A stretch of 64,000 nucleotides of DNA from the NCBI GenBank assembly GCA_001642005.1, contig LWCA01000039.1, forward strand, positions 4,600-68,599, written 5' to 3'. Within the stretch, counting starts at the first letter, position 1. Every line of letters starts with the position of its first letter. Position numbers and translations under genes: made by a program. Origin of the DNA: Intoshia linei (taxonomy: Eukaryota > Animalia > Orthonectida). A model generated the notes under the pieces. It was given only the letters and a program-made list of their open reading frames with translations. It ran no database searches and was not told the DNA's origin. Shown piece after piece: positions 13,201 to 26,200 of this stretch.

Positions 13201-16200
13201 CTCCATTCAAAAAAATTTGTCCTTTGTTAATGTAGATAATAATGATATTCCTAATGATGATAATTATAAAGAAATACCGCATCTTATTAATTGCATTCAA
13301 TTGAAATTAATTAAATCTACCAGTATTCCATTGCATTTTACCGTTATCCCAGGAAAATTTGAATGCAGGATTTTAAATCAAAATAATTATTACGTTCTCG
13401 GTCCTTTTGATGTACCCAATATACCTAAAGCTCTTAATAATACCTGCACGATAGCTACTCACAAGTAATTTTTTCGTAATTACTTTAATTATTAAATAGA
13501 TTTATATTTCAAGTATTATTGAACTATATTGAGCAGGTTGGTTCAATTAAATTGGTTAAGTAAAAAAGTAATAAATATTTATCATGATTTTAAAATTGTT
13601 CTAGAATGTATCTTTTTTAAAATTCTATGATTCTTTCAATTATAATTTTTTTTACATTATTTTTTGGATTTTTGTCAAAATTAATGTCTGTAAATTCAAA
13701 AGAAAAATTTACAAAGTAATTTAAGAATATTTTGATTCAATTTACTGTAGTTCTTTGATCCCACATAGCACACGTTTGTAAATTTGAGTCGAGTCAAATT
13801 TACAAGAATTAAAATACAATTACTTATTATATGAATTAAATTTAAATAAAATATTTTAAGCTAATTTTAAACAAACCAAAGTTAACATTAAATTTTAGAT
13901 TGGTCACAAATATTGCCTCTTTTCAATGTCGTGTAATTCACTGTGTTTTAATGCGTTTGTCTGTTGTACAGATATATTATAAAGATAAAATGATGGCTAT
14001 TGCTCATACAATTGGATCTGGGCCACTACCTAGACCAGAGCAGGTTTATTAATATGTTCAATATGTCAATGAAATCATAAGATTAAAAAAAAATTAAATA
14101 AAATGTAATAAATTGACTATTGAGTGATAACTATAACATTGTTCTCAAGGGGAATAACTAAAAAAAGAATCCGCGGGTAAGATGGAAAATATACATGACG
14201 GTATTTTAAATTACGATTTAAATTTTAAGTTAATGAATTAATAAGTTTGTCATGATCTAGATTCTAGAATAACAAGTCCAGGATATCATATATCATTTAA
14301 TATTAATTAAAATTATATATTTTAAGTTATAAAAAACACTTGCGTTTTTATTTTTATTGTCCAAACTTTTCAATATACATAAAAAAAATATTAACAAACT
14401 AAATTGTATAATTAAATTAAATCAAAAAATTATATTTTAGTCAATATAGTACTTTTAAACTTTAAATTCGATTTATGCAAAACTATGATTATGAAAATAC
14501 TATAATTATCAGTATTATCCTTACTTATATAATATGCTTTGTTTGTCTGTGTGTGTTATCGTTTAAATCAATAACTACCAGTTTTAGAATTTTATAAAGT
14601 CCACATTTCAATTATAGTTTTTTTGAGTTGTAAGCAAAATAAATTTCAACCTCCCAAACTCACATCTTACGAATCAAAAAGCCGAATTGTCCTTTTTTTG
14701 AAAATCAAACAAATTGGAGAATTTAAAAAAATATACACTCTGATACGGATTTTAAAATCATAAATATTATTATAAATTTAAATTTAAAAAAAAATATCTT
14801 CAGGGCCAAACCCCAAATTACCCTTTTTTTATTATGAAAACAGCCCTAGAATTTAAAAAAAATAATAGGTGGTACAGTTGTATCCTGTTAACACACACAA
14901 AAATTTCAATCCGAATAAGTGACGCATTCACAGTCAAAAAGGCATTTTAGTATTCATATTTTTTTTCGAAATATTTTATTAAAACAAAAAATGTGAAATA
15001 ATTAACTGTCCGAAAATTAAAATAAAAAGATTATTCTCATAGAGCTTATTTCAGTTGATATAAACACAAAATTTTAACCCCACAAATCTACGCATTCCCG
15101 GTGAAAAATAATTTTTAATATATTATCATCCAATATTTTTTAAATATTTCGATTAAAATAAAAATTTAAGATGTAAATATTTATTGTACAATTTCAAAAA
15201 AAATGTGCATTGAACGTCTACACATTTCCAATAAAGAAATATTAATAAAAATCTAATTAATTCATTGCTACGCAATTTTGTCAATCTGAAATTATCATTT
15301 TGAAAACATTTTGAATAAAATTTAAATAAAACTACAACAACGAAACTAAAATAATACAACTTTGATAATATCATTTTTATATTTATTACAATCCTTTGCA
15401 ATATTGGTAAAATTCGACTAAAATATGTTTATATAGTGCTGATTCCGTTAATTATTGATACATAATTATATTTTTAAGTATTTATTAAATTGGTACTGAA
15501 TATATATTATCGCATTAAAAATGATAAAATAGGTTTTTATAATTTTATTTTTTCTGGAATTTATGTTATTTATGACAATTTTCTAGAATTGATTGTTTTT
15601 ACTTTATTTTTAAATGTTAAAAAACAAAAAATTAAGATGGAATAATTCACTTTAAAGTATAAAGTAATGTGGTATGATGGTTCCACCTGAAACAAATTTG
15701 GAAACCACTCCTTTAAAGGATTGATAATAGTGAATAGTAGGATTTTTAAGTTAGATTTTCAACGTGAATTTATTTTTTAAGTATAATAAAAATGTGCTCT
15801 CGGCAGAGCTAGGTCCTGTTTGTACGTAGTATGTAAATTTATTTTTTGGTAGTATAAAAATGTTCCCTCGGTAGAACTAGGCTACGGGGATTGATAATAG
15901 TGAATAGTAGAATTTTTAAGTTAGATTTTCAACGTGAATTTTTTGATATAATAAAAATTGCTCTCGTCAGAGCTAGATGCTGATAAATTAGTAATCATTA
16001 GACTACTAGATTACCTAATTATTAGAGCATAATATTTGAATCGCTCTACTAATCATGTGACGATGTAGCGATGACTATTGATACTTTATAACTAGTTTTT
16101 TAATATAATAACTTTATCAAAAAACAAAAAATTATTGACATATGCTGATCTTCACAATGTAATTAACAATAATGATAATAATAATTAATGGAATTAACAA

Positions 16201-19200
16201 GATAAATTGGCGGATTATGGTAGGAATAAACTTTGATGTATCGCCCTAATAGGTAATATCTATATTTTTTAGAGACCCTGAACAGATATTATTGCAAGTA
16301 GTTCTTTGTTCATAGTTTCATATCTAATTCTAGTGTGGTTTACTAATTTACTTAAATATTACTCCCTCCGTTCCGAAATAATGTTTACATATATTATCAT
16401 GACTTTTTATTCCAAAATAATGTTTACATTTCCAAACTTTTATATCATTATATTCAAAAACATTTATTGATACTATTGTACTATTGAAACTAATTTTAAT
16501 TCTGTATTTATTTATTAACAAATTTTGTAAACAAAACAACATTTTATTTAAGATAAGGAGTATTCAATTTTGCAGGGTATGCTCATTAATATTTTGCCGA
16601 GCCATAATCGCTTCTGGTTTACAAGTGATAAATATGGATAGAGTACCATTGTTTCGAATCCTTGCTTTGCCGATATGTGGCAAATTATACGTATTTCCCC
16701 CTTTCGCAAGCATCGTCTCCTCCATGCATTGTTGAACTAGTATTAAAAATACATTATCCAGCTTATCTGGGTGTAGCTCATTAAAAGCATTACTTACGCA
16801 GTTAATGAAATCATCAATGGTCTTCGGAGAATGTTAATGTTGAACGGATTGAATGGCTTTGAAGAACCTGAGATCGAATACCTTCATGTCGGAATATTAG
16901 GTGGTTGATTTTTAAACATAATGGAAACCCCATCTTTCGATCCCTTTTCCAGCATTTCTGGATCATCTTTTTTGAAATGCGGTTTGGTATTGTCTTGTTG
17001 AATTCCATTCAATTCTTGGAAATTTTTGTTAGTATAGACGTAATAGATCGTAATCTATCATGAAAAATTAATAAAGCTTAAAGTTCACCAAAAACAGTGA
17101 TAATAGGAAATGTTTATCTCAAATCTAAAAATTATTTCGGAACAGAGGGAGTATATCGTCCTAGTTTCTTGCCTCAGCACTATTACCATGGAATATTATT
17201 ATGCACCGGTTTCTAAGATATAATCTACAGTGGGATTAAGAAGTAAGAATTGGTATACTCGAAAGTTTTCACATTTTCACATTTGTCAGTTCATTGGAAT
17301 GGCTTTACTTTCTGTGACTTTGTGAATGTTCAAAATAAACAGTTCTACTTCAAAATATACATATCCTTTGATGTTAAAACTCCAATGGTATCCGCGTATT
17401 CCAATATCTCTTTGTAATTAGTGAATGGTTCTGAATGTTCGCAACCGATTAATGGCATCTATTTTAGACGGATATATTTTTATTTTTCCGTGTTCTATGA
17501 TTCTACCAAGAAACTATATGGTGTTGGATACAATGATGTATTTTTGTGTCTTAAGTATTAATCCGTGATTTCTTATTTTTTTAAGTACTATTTTGAAATG
17601 GTTGACATGTTCGCGTGCTGTGTGAGGTTCGATTATAATGTCGTTTATATAGACATGGGCGAAATTAATGCATTTTAAAATGCTGTTCATAATTATTTTA
17701 AATAATTTATTTGACACGAGGCATTAAGGCGCGTTCGACATTCCGAATGGTAAAACTTTGAATTGATAGTATTTAAAGTCATGGTTTGTGGAGAAAGCTG
17801 TTTTATGGCGATTTAATTTATTTATGGGGATTTGCCAAAATCCAGATGTGATGCATAACCTAGTAAATATTTTTTTTCCGTTTAGTTAATAAAATAGTTC
17901 AAATTGATATGGGGAGGATATCTGTCTTTCACTTTTATATTATTTAGTGGTCGATGATCAACTATGAATCTGTAGCTTCCATCTGATTTCTTTTTGAAGT
18001 GTTGTGACTGATGTTTACTGTTAGATTCTTCTTTTATATCATTTTTGATCATTTCTTTTTCTGTTATTCAGTATTCTTTAATTTAACCAGTTATTACCAG
18101 TTAATCAGTTATTTAAAACTTTTTTTATGTATTTGCTGCTTTTGAAAAGTTTTTTTTAATTTTTTTATTATTATTTGTGTTTTCTATTGTTTGAATAAAG
18201 TTTACGTATGATTTTATAGGCACGTTAATATATTAGGTTATTCTCACAATCGAAACTGCAGCTGACAAAGTTGATCTAACAAAGTTGACAAAGTCTGTGT
18301 ATCTGTTTAATAAAATAGTTAGTTCTTATTTTTTATTGATTTTTGAATAAAAATGTGACATTTCATTTTGATTCTACCTGCCGTTTGTACTAAAATATTT
18401 GTTATTTAATAAGTATATATAATATATATATATATATATATAATAATAAATATTTTAATAAGTTATATTTAAGATAGACTTCTCCATTAATGTTTGATAT
18501 GTAGATTTGTTTATACAGTTGACGATTGCGGTGTGTCTATAATAAAAGGTATATTCCACAGATAGATCAGTTATTATTATTTGATTAATTAAAACCGCTA
18601 ATTGGACAAATGCATATTAATGACCTTGAATCGATAGTATAATATAATAATATCAATCTCAAGAATCTTGAGAATGTGATATTATTAATTTTACCGAATT
18701 TAACTTATAGCCTAATATCATATTTATAATAATTAATAAGTGTTATTATTTCAATGCAAAAAATTCTTATTTCTTCAAGGGTGGCCAACTGGTTCGTATA
18801 AACTAAAAAGGTTGGGCTATTTAATGCAATTTGTTTAATAAGTTTGGTAAAATCAGGGTTTAAAGGTAATGATGGTCAACATGTATAATTCAATGATGCC
18901 AACTCGATAAAATTTGTACTTGCATAATTACCTATCAAATTTTTAAATATTGTTATTAGTTTAATTATTAAACCACATCTCTCGGAAGATATCATTACAT
19001 AATCTGTTACAAAATAAAGGCTGTAGTTCCCATTAAAAATGCGATAACATGCGGGTAATTTTTTATAAGAAACTTGAAATATAGAATAATATAATTTGGT
19101 TATTGTTGTATTATTGATGAGAAGGTCATTCTTGGTAATTTGATGATTAAATGGATTTGATTTGATTTTTTGTTGTTTACTTCTGGATGTCTCAACATTG

Positions 19201-22200
19201 TTTTTCTCTTTTTTTAAGACTTTGTTGTATATGAAGATGATTAATTCATTAAGACAATAAGACTTCCTCGTTATCTGAATCTTCATCTCTTTCTTCTCGC
19301 ATCTATATCTCCGGAGCTTCATCATTACCAAAGTTCACCACTAGAGTATTTCCATTACGTAAATATTGGGCTACATAATCGTGTATATCAATAAAAATAA
19401 TCCTATAATTGTCCTACGTATATCAGCATGTAAATTACCATTATCTATGAATTCTTGTTGCTGTGAACTGTGCTGTTTTATTTCTATATTTTTGTATATC
19501 TTATTGTATGTATATTATTGTGTATGTGTATAGAGAATTATAGTGATATTTATTTACGTACGTTGCATGATCAAAATCGGTAGTTGTGTGTCCAAAGTAT
19601 CGTGGAAATTTAGAGCTAACTCTTTTGATCATTTTATCATTATTAATTGAAATCCATCAATTGTTGTTGCTTGACAATCATTGTTAGAGAGAATCGAAGA
19701 CTCTTTTAACGATAATTCTAATCCTATAGAGGCTGCTACATCTTTCATTGAATAAAGTAGTATATTAAGAAGAGTAAAATTGATTCTATTTATATAGAAT
19801 GTAGTTGTTATCATATTATCACCTTTTACACGTACATTAACAAGGAAATTATAAAGATAATGATGCCAATGAGCTAACCCAGGAGGCAGAAGTGATCATA
19901 TAGCTTAATTTATTCCCTGTTGAGCCCGAATGACCCTATTGTATATGGTATTACATTGAGAAAATTGGTTGTTATTATATTAGGAACAGTAACTGATATT
20001 GGATGTGGGTCCAATCAGAATGTTTTATGGTTTCATATCTCTATCCATTATCTAAAAGTATAATATAGTTGACGTTTTTATATAGAACAGATTTACTTGT
20101 TTTTCATGGAGATAATCCAGACCTCTGATTATTCCTTCCAGAGTAATAATCCTGTCAATGTCTCTCATTTCTGTCTTTGTTTCTCTTAACAATACTCCTA
20201 GATTACATAATTATTGTATTACTACATTCACGTTATGGCATATTTATCTGTATTAGGAAATATTGTTTTATTTCGACAATATTTACATGATCTACCATCT
20301 TTTACATGGTAAGTTCTTTTATTACATTTTCAGAAATCTAATTCACGCGTTGTCACATTTGTAATGGTATATTTTGTCAATAATTTTGTTGGACGATATA
20401 AATTATATATTATGTCGTTTTATAAATGAAGCTAGCATACCCTTCGACGCTTTAAAATTTTGATTTATAAAAAACTTGGAAATTTGTAACATTTTTGTTG
20501 TAAAATTTCTCCACTAACATTTATATTTCGTGTTCATTGAATTTGAAACCACTCGTGAAGAATAACATCTACTTGATTTCCGACCTTAAATGAGGTTTAC
20601 GTTTTTGATTGACGTTTACTATTGAGTCCTTATGTTTTAAAATATTGTGTATCGTTCCTACAGATATATCATGTTTGGCAGCTAAAAATTTCTGAGAACA
20701 ATTGGCATCGTCTTTAAATAATTCTAATAATTTTCTTTTTTCATTCAGAGATAAATCTTTTCTTTTTCGCTTGTTATTTTTATTTTTAATGTTCATATTA
20801 AAAAATAAAAATATAATAATATCAGTATAAATGTGACAGTAAAATATAATAACGCCCAAATTGAAAAGATTCATATAAAACAAATCAAATTTAATAATGT
20901 TTCTATACAAAAAAATCAATATTTATTAACTGTGTTCAAATTAAGCTGTATTCATATTGAACAGATTTGACGGTAATTCATTAATAGTGTCTTTGCAAGC
21001 CACAGTTTGTCCATATTTACATATCGGTTTACAGACTTGTCGAAATTTTAATTTTAATGGATTTAACAATGATACCTTTAAATAAATGTATATTTACACG
21101 CATCCACCTTTTCCAATCACTTTAGTAAGTTTATACCAATTTTTTTTTTCCTACCAAATGTTTTGAATTATATTAATATTCATCATATATATTATAATAA
21201 TATACTATATATACAATTAATATATATAGTATATTAAATTAAACAGGTTGTAAACGAACATGAATCAATAACACTAGTCAAAAGGAAAGGAGAAAAGGCC
21301 ATGCTTATAAAGAATAATAGAGGAGACTGGGGAATTGTTAAGGCCGTATGGCATGCGGGTAGACGCAATGCAAGTAATAAGAAAAAAGGTAACTTTTTTT
21401 TTAAACCGAATCCTCATATTTTGATAAACTGTGTCTCTTTTTTGACTTGATAATTGTGTGATAATAATTGATAATCCATATAAGCACACTTTATATATGT
21501 GTGATTATATGGAGTCTTTAATTCTACTTGTTGGTGTTAATAAAGTAGCTATGCGTTAAATTTTTATAAATTTTCTACCATTTTTATATATCGACCCATT
21601 TGGACTCACTCGATACTAATTAGAAATAAAATGTCCAACTATTTTTCGCGCATTTGATGACGTATTGGCTATTTTGCTGAATCTAATCTATTTAGGGTAT
21701 GGAAAACTATATGTGGAATTTTGCAATTTGATTACAAACAAAAAATATACAGTTAACGTGGTAAATATTAATTATACCAATATAATTTAATTAATAAATT
21801 TTATTAACTGAAAATGATTATTAGATACGTGCTTCACAATAAATTTCAGGTGGCATTATCTAATTAATAAAAAAAAATTTCACTTTACCTTCGATTAAAT
21901 TTATTGAAAAATGGGTCGAAAGTGTAGCTCTAATTAACATTACATAATTTTTCAAATTTCAAAATCTCACGTTATCTCTAAATAATATTTTATAATCCAA
22001 GATTATGTGTCGCCTTTTTTAGACACTGTACAAATATATTGATTACTAATTTAAATTATTTTTAGTATGAATCAAGCGAAATAATTAGCATTTTACGAAT
22101 AGCGGGCATCGAAATAAATGTAAAATCTGCAGACATAACAATTGAAACTGAAAAAAACTGCATATACCCAACAGATGAATTAGAAAGCGAACCAATAACC

Positions 22201-22941
22201 ATTGACGATTTATTTAATAGTCAGAAAATACCTACCGAAAATCAAACATATAAACACAAAAATCAAGACGATTTAACGAAAATGATACAACAAAGGTTGT
22301 GCCAGCAAAACGCATGCACCAACAACTACGATCTATGTGAACGGTTAGCCTTGGCTTTTTCAATATCTGTTTTATATGTGTTATGTGACCCTCAACCACC
22401 ACGGATAAAACATAATTCTCAAATACTAAATACTAATATGCAAAAATCAAGAAGAAACAATAAAATTCAATGCACCTCCTCTCAAATTATGGTACCTCCT
22501 ATATGTACAGCAGATATAACTTTGGCAAGCATTAATAATGACAATTTACCTTTACCTTTCAATTTACGTGTGGACCAAAATTTAGAACAATCCGCAGTAG
22601 TAACAAATATTAGCCATGGTATGGAAGACATGAAATTAATTATGGCAGGTGGGTACATGACGAATGTTTTTACATATTCACCTGAAATTCTTGACGAAAT
22701 GAATGAAAATGCCGCAATGGGTATGGAAAGATGTATGGAAGAAATTACTCCAGAACAATTAGAAGTAGGTGACGAAGCAGCAGACGCAGATGAAGATTAT
22801 TGGGACCTACTCAATGCTGAGTATGATTCCGCGCAAGGATCCGGATTTTCTGATGCTGGAAGTTCATATTTTGGATCGGAATTTGGTAGTGATAAAAACA
22901 GTTCCATGGATACTACCAATAATTCAAGTTTTAGTAGCTAA
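7247..22941 (+). CDS. Glycine-rich-domain-containing protein (GRDP/DUF1399)-like, ~1300 aa, 9 coding exons
   Basis: In-phase GT-AG exons ~7247-7805, 9232-9592, 11171-~11409, 11783-11977, 12074-13464, 13899-14043, 21247-21388, 21696-21760 and 22066-22941. Two DUF1399-type repeats (RYFDKWLPLL..APLDVKWAWHSHLMHPKIYRKD and SIDLVTAM..FLRLAISRYKKY..TPTEDMRFIWQTHL), then GAINRG, AMLIKNNRGDWGIV and LALAFSISVLYVLCDP. The start codon is uncertain. Confidence 0.8.
8200..8390 (+). repeat. Minisatellite, ~29-bp unit (ttttcacttaagggttggtaagactgaat) x ~6
   Basis: Visible degenerate tandem units. A related array in reverse orientation lies at 26590-26960. Confidence 0.75.
9783..11088. mobile_element. Composite non-autonomous element with tagg(c/g)tgt-type ends in a GRDP intron
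   Basis: Ends taggctgtcaatattttt / aaaaagttaacacccta. Internal inverted pair aaaaagtccggc (10421) / gccggactttt (10978). Confidence 0.4.
14518..15990 (+). mobile_element. Non-autonomous Helitron (Lep1-like ends) with tandemly repeated 3' region
   Basis: 5' end A|TCCTTACTTATATAATATGC followed by a gtctgtgtgtg microsatellite. The 3' cggcagagctagg block occurs three times (15800, 15869, 15964). The internal part is shared with 6100-6480 and 28420-29056. Confidence 0.65.
16362..17151 (-). mobile_element. Internally deleted DD39D-type (Stowaway-related) mariner-like element
   Basis: TIRs ctccctccgttccgaaataat / attatttcggaacagagggag with TA on both sides. Minus-strand frameshifted transposase IQQDNTKPH..QPPN..FDLRFFKAIQS..TIDDFINCVSNAF..LDNVFL..CMEE..GGNTYNLPHIGK. 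Confidence 0.85.
17300..20357 (-). mobile_element. Degenerate Ty3/Gypsy LTR retrotransposon (RT plus probable protease and gag remnants)
   Basis: Minus-strand RT motifs SGFWQIPI..RHKTAFST..YQFKVLPFGMSNAP..FAHVYIND..EHVNHFKIVLKKIRNHGL at ~17510-17990, with many stops. The boundaries are approximate and no LTR pair was identified. Confidence 0.75.
18414..18442. repeat. (TA)n microsatellite
   Basis: A run of tatatata... dinucleotides. Confidence 0.8.
20390..20975 (-). mobile_element. pogo/Tigger transposon 5' remnant (psq and CENP-B-type HTH)
   Basis: KRKRKDLSLNEKRKLLE..SQKFLAAKHDISVGTIHNILK, then broken WFQ..NINVSGEILQQK..FKASKG..FIKRHNI. Confidence 0.8.
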
Positions 22942-23243
22942 TGTTATGGTTAGGTGTCGCGATTTTATATATTGTAAACAAATAATTTCAACTAAATTAT
23001 TTTATTTAAATTTAAAATGCAAATAAAAACTACCATCTTTATCATTGTTTCTTAAATTAGGGTTTAATTTACAGGGGACCGTGAAATATTATGTATTAAT
23101 TATTTATAATTCGTAAATATTTTATAGTTATGCTAAAAATATAAAAATGGTATCTTGAGCTCTGATCGACGGTACACTTTTTTACTGAGTATTTAAAAAC
23201 ATGATAAATCATAAATGTTAATAAAATTTTATTTATAAATGAA

Positions 23244-26200
23244 TTATTCATCACATAAAACATTAAATTCCTTAACCATGTCGTTATAAATTTCATCGTA
23301 TTCATCCAATATAGCTTTTTTACCTAGGGTTGGTTCCTAAAATAAATATTAATGTACTTTTTATATTTCAAACCATAAACTTCATAGAACTAATTCTATT
23401 GATTATACCAGAAAGAGAATCGTACAGAATGGCCCAAGTAATTTTGTTATCGGTATTTGCACACGATTTAATGGCATTTGTTGCCATCTCGTGAAAACTT
23501 ATAATGTTTTTCAACATTCCAACTGCTTTGTAAAAAGGACAGTTTCTAAATTTTATTGATAACATTGACAGTCCCAGAAATTTCAAAAAAAATTTAACAT
23601 AAATTCTTAAATTCAAGGACAAAACACTTTACTATTATTCGTTTTTTAAAAATGAAAACCGTTTTAGAATTGAAAAAAACATAAATTGTGGAACAGTTTT
23701 TAAATAATAAGAATTATCATAAATTGCAACCTCAAAAACGTGCATCTTCGTAGTCAATATCATAAGTTAGCTTTTAATTTTTAAATAAAAAACCAAGTCT
23801 TAAAAATTAAAAAAAGATTTAGCAACTTGATTAGTTTACCATATTCGTGATTAAAATAATACTTATCATATGATGAATATCCATTTTGTTGAAGAAAATC
23901 GTCTTTGATTAATTTTGCAACCTCAATATTCACTTTATCATTTTCAGCAAGAGATGACTAAATTCATTTCATTAAAACTATTAAAAATCACTTACAGTTC
24001 AATTAAATAAAATTTATAAAAATTTCCTGATTATTATAATTTTACTTTAGTGTCCTTAAAACCTCCATATTCCCGGTTTAGAGTTAGTTTAAAACAATTG
24101 GTCTTGAGATAATTTTAAAAAATTTGAAAATGGCCAGATTTAATTAATCTACATATGCCTACTGTCTTTTCTCGATTATAAGTCTTCTTATATTCGAGAG
24201 TAGAAGGAAAAATGCTCATAATCAAAAACAAGCAGACTTTTAAGCAGACCTTGAAAAATATAAAAAATACATTAAAAGTTTTTTTCTAATTAGTATAAAC
24301 TTAAAAATTAGACATTCTATTGTATGAAGGAAGTTATTTTTTAGAAATAAATTGATATTTTGTCCATTTCTTGTTTAAAGTTCTTTCTTTCGAATACAAA
24401 CATAAACTGCTTATATTCAAATATTATTTAATTAAAAATTTTACTGATAATTTGTATTTCAGGGGTCTGCTTATAATCCAGAAAAGACAGTAGTCTTCAT
24501 AGAGTCGATTTATAATCGTCAAAAGTCAAGACAAAATTTAAATACTCTATTTTTATTGATAACTTACCATTTCTAATTATTCATAATATTAATAAAGCAT
24601 ACGGTCGATTTTGTTACAGAACAGAAATACCCCAGTAGATACATTTTAAAGCAATTTAAACTAAGTACATAAAAATGTTTAAGAACAACTAACGTACAGT
24701 GCACTGCAGTATACGACGTACTATTTATAAAAAATACCTTTCCAACCAACTGAACAATTTCACTCAAATCTTCATCTTCTTGTAAAATTTCATTACACTA
24801 ATAGAAATGGTTAATTTTGTATACATGACAATATCCATTGCCCATTTTAATAATAAAAGTTCAATAAAAACAGAAAAAAAGTACCTTTTTTCTATATCCT
24901 ACAAATTCTGGGTAATGTTCATCATAATAATCATTTAATCTATTTACATATTTACTATAACTGGTTAGCCAGTTAATAGATGGAAAATGCTTTCTTTGAG
25001 CGAGTTTTTTATCCAAACCCCAGAAAACTTGTACAATACCTAATGTGGCAGTAGTAACGGGATCTGAGAAATCTCCACCTGGCGGTGAAACACTAAATAC
25101 AATTATTTTAAATTAATCAAAAATTCCTTGGTCGCATAGGTAAATCATAGTAAACAAGTCATTTAATTTATCTATTATCACGTCATTAGTATTCCCCATC
25201 GATAAATAAATTCGTGTTATTTAAAATACTTAATTTACATTTAAAACTAATTCCCGCTCCAACTTTAAAGTGTCAATTTAATTTTTTTAACTTGTAAATA
25301 TAAAATATTTTGTAGCACAATTGAAAATTGACTTGTAATAGTGTCAATAAATAAAATCAATAAAATGTGAGACAATAATGACAGATTCAAAAAAAAGTAA
25401 TACAGTAATAAAATACAACATGTATCATATTTATCAATATTAATAGTTTAAATATTACGCTCCAACTATCGATATCGAAGCTGATCGTTCTGGATTTCCT
25501 AGGCACTTCACTACTCCAGCTCGTTCATAAAATGATGCAAGTCGTGAAGACAGATAAGCGGGGTAACCAGAATCAGCTGGCATTTCAGCTAATCTACCCG
25601 ATATTTCTCTTAAAGCTTCAGCCCACCTTGAAGTTGAGTCGGCCAACATGCCAACATTATATCCTTGATCACGGTAGTATTCCGATATTGTTATACCGGT
25701 ATAAATGGATGCCTCCCTAGCTGCCACGGGCATATTGGAAGTATTTGCAACTAGAGTAGTTCTATCCATGATTGATGCAGATTCACCACCTACTTCAATT
25801 CGTAATTTCGAAAAATCTCTCAGAACCTCCGACATTTCGTTTCCTCTTTCACCACAGCCAACATAAACAATTATATCACTATTTGAATATTTTGACAAAG
25901 ACTGACTTATTACAGTTTTTCCGCATCCAAATGCTCCAGGTATTGCCGTAGTACCTCCTTGAACGCATCTAAATTTTAATTTATTCTTATTTTTACACAT
26001 CTACATAAATCAGCGATTGATACTGCATGATTGATTCGCAGCTTTTTCCAAGTCGTTCACATAAAATTTAAAGAAAGTTTTTTTTAAAAGTCACCATATA
26101 CTTTTCAATTCATTATAATGATTAAAACAGGTATGCAATTTAAATTGAAGTAGTCCTCCACGGACCTTACATAGCAATCAAATTAAAAATTATAATAATT

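Noticed and set aside
12191-13468. Stand-alone 425-aa orphan gene
   Set aside because: It is an internal exon (12074-13464) of the GRDP-like gene, with in-phase splice sites on both sides.
16056-20357. Intact LTR pair suggested by tgtgac...gtcaca termini
   Set aside because: There is no direct-repeat LTR similarity and no matching TSD, so the match may be coincidental.
21274-21489. Minus-strand 71-aa ORF
   Set aside because: It is the antisense shadow of GRDP exon 21247-21388.
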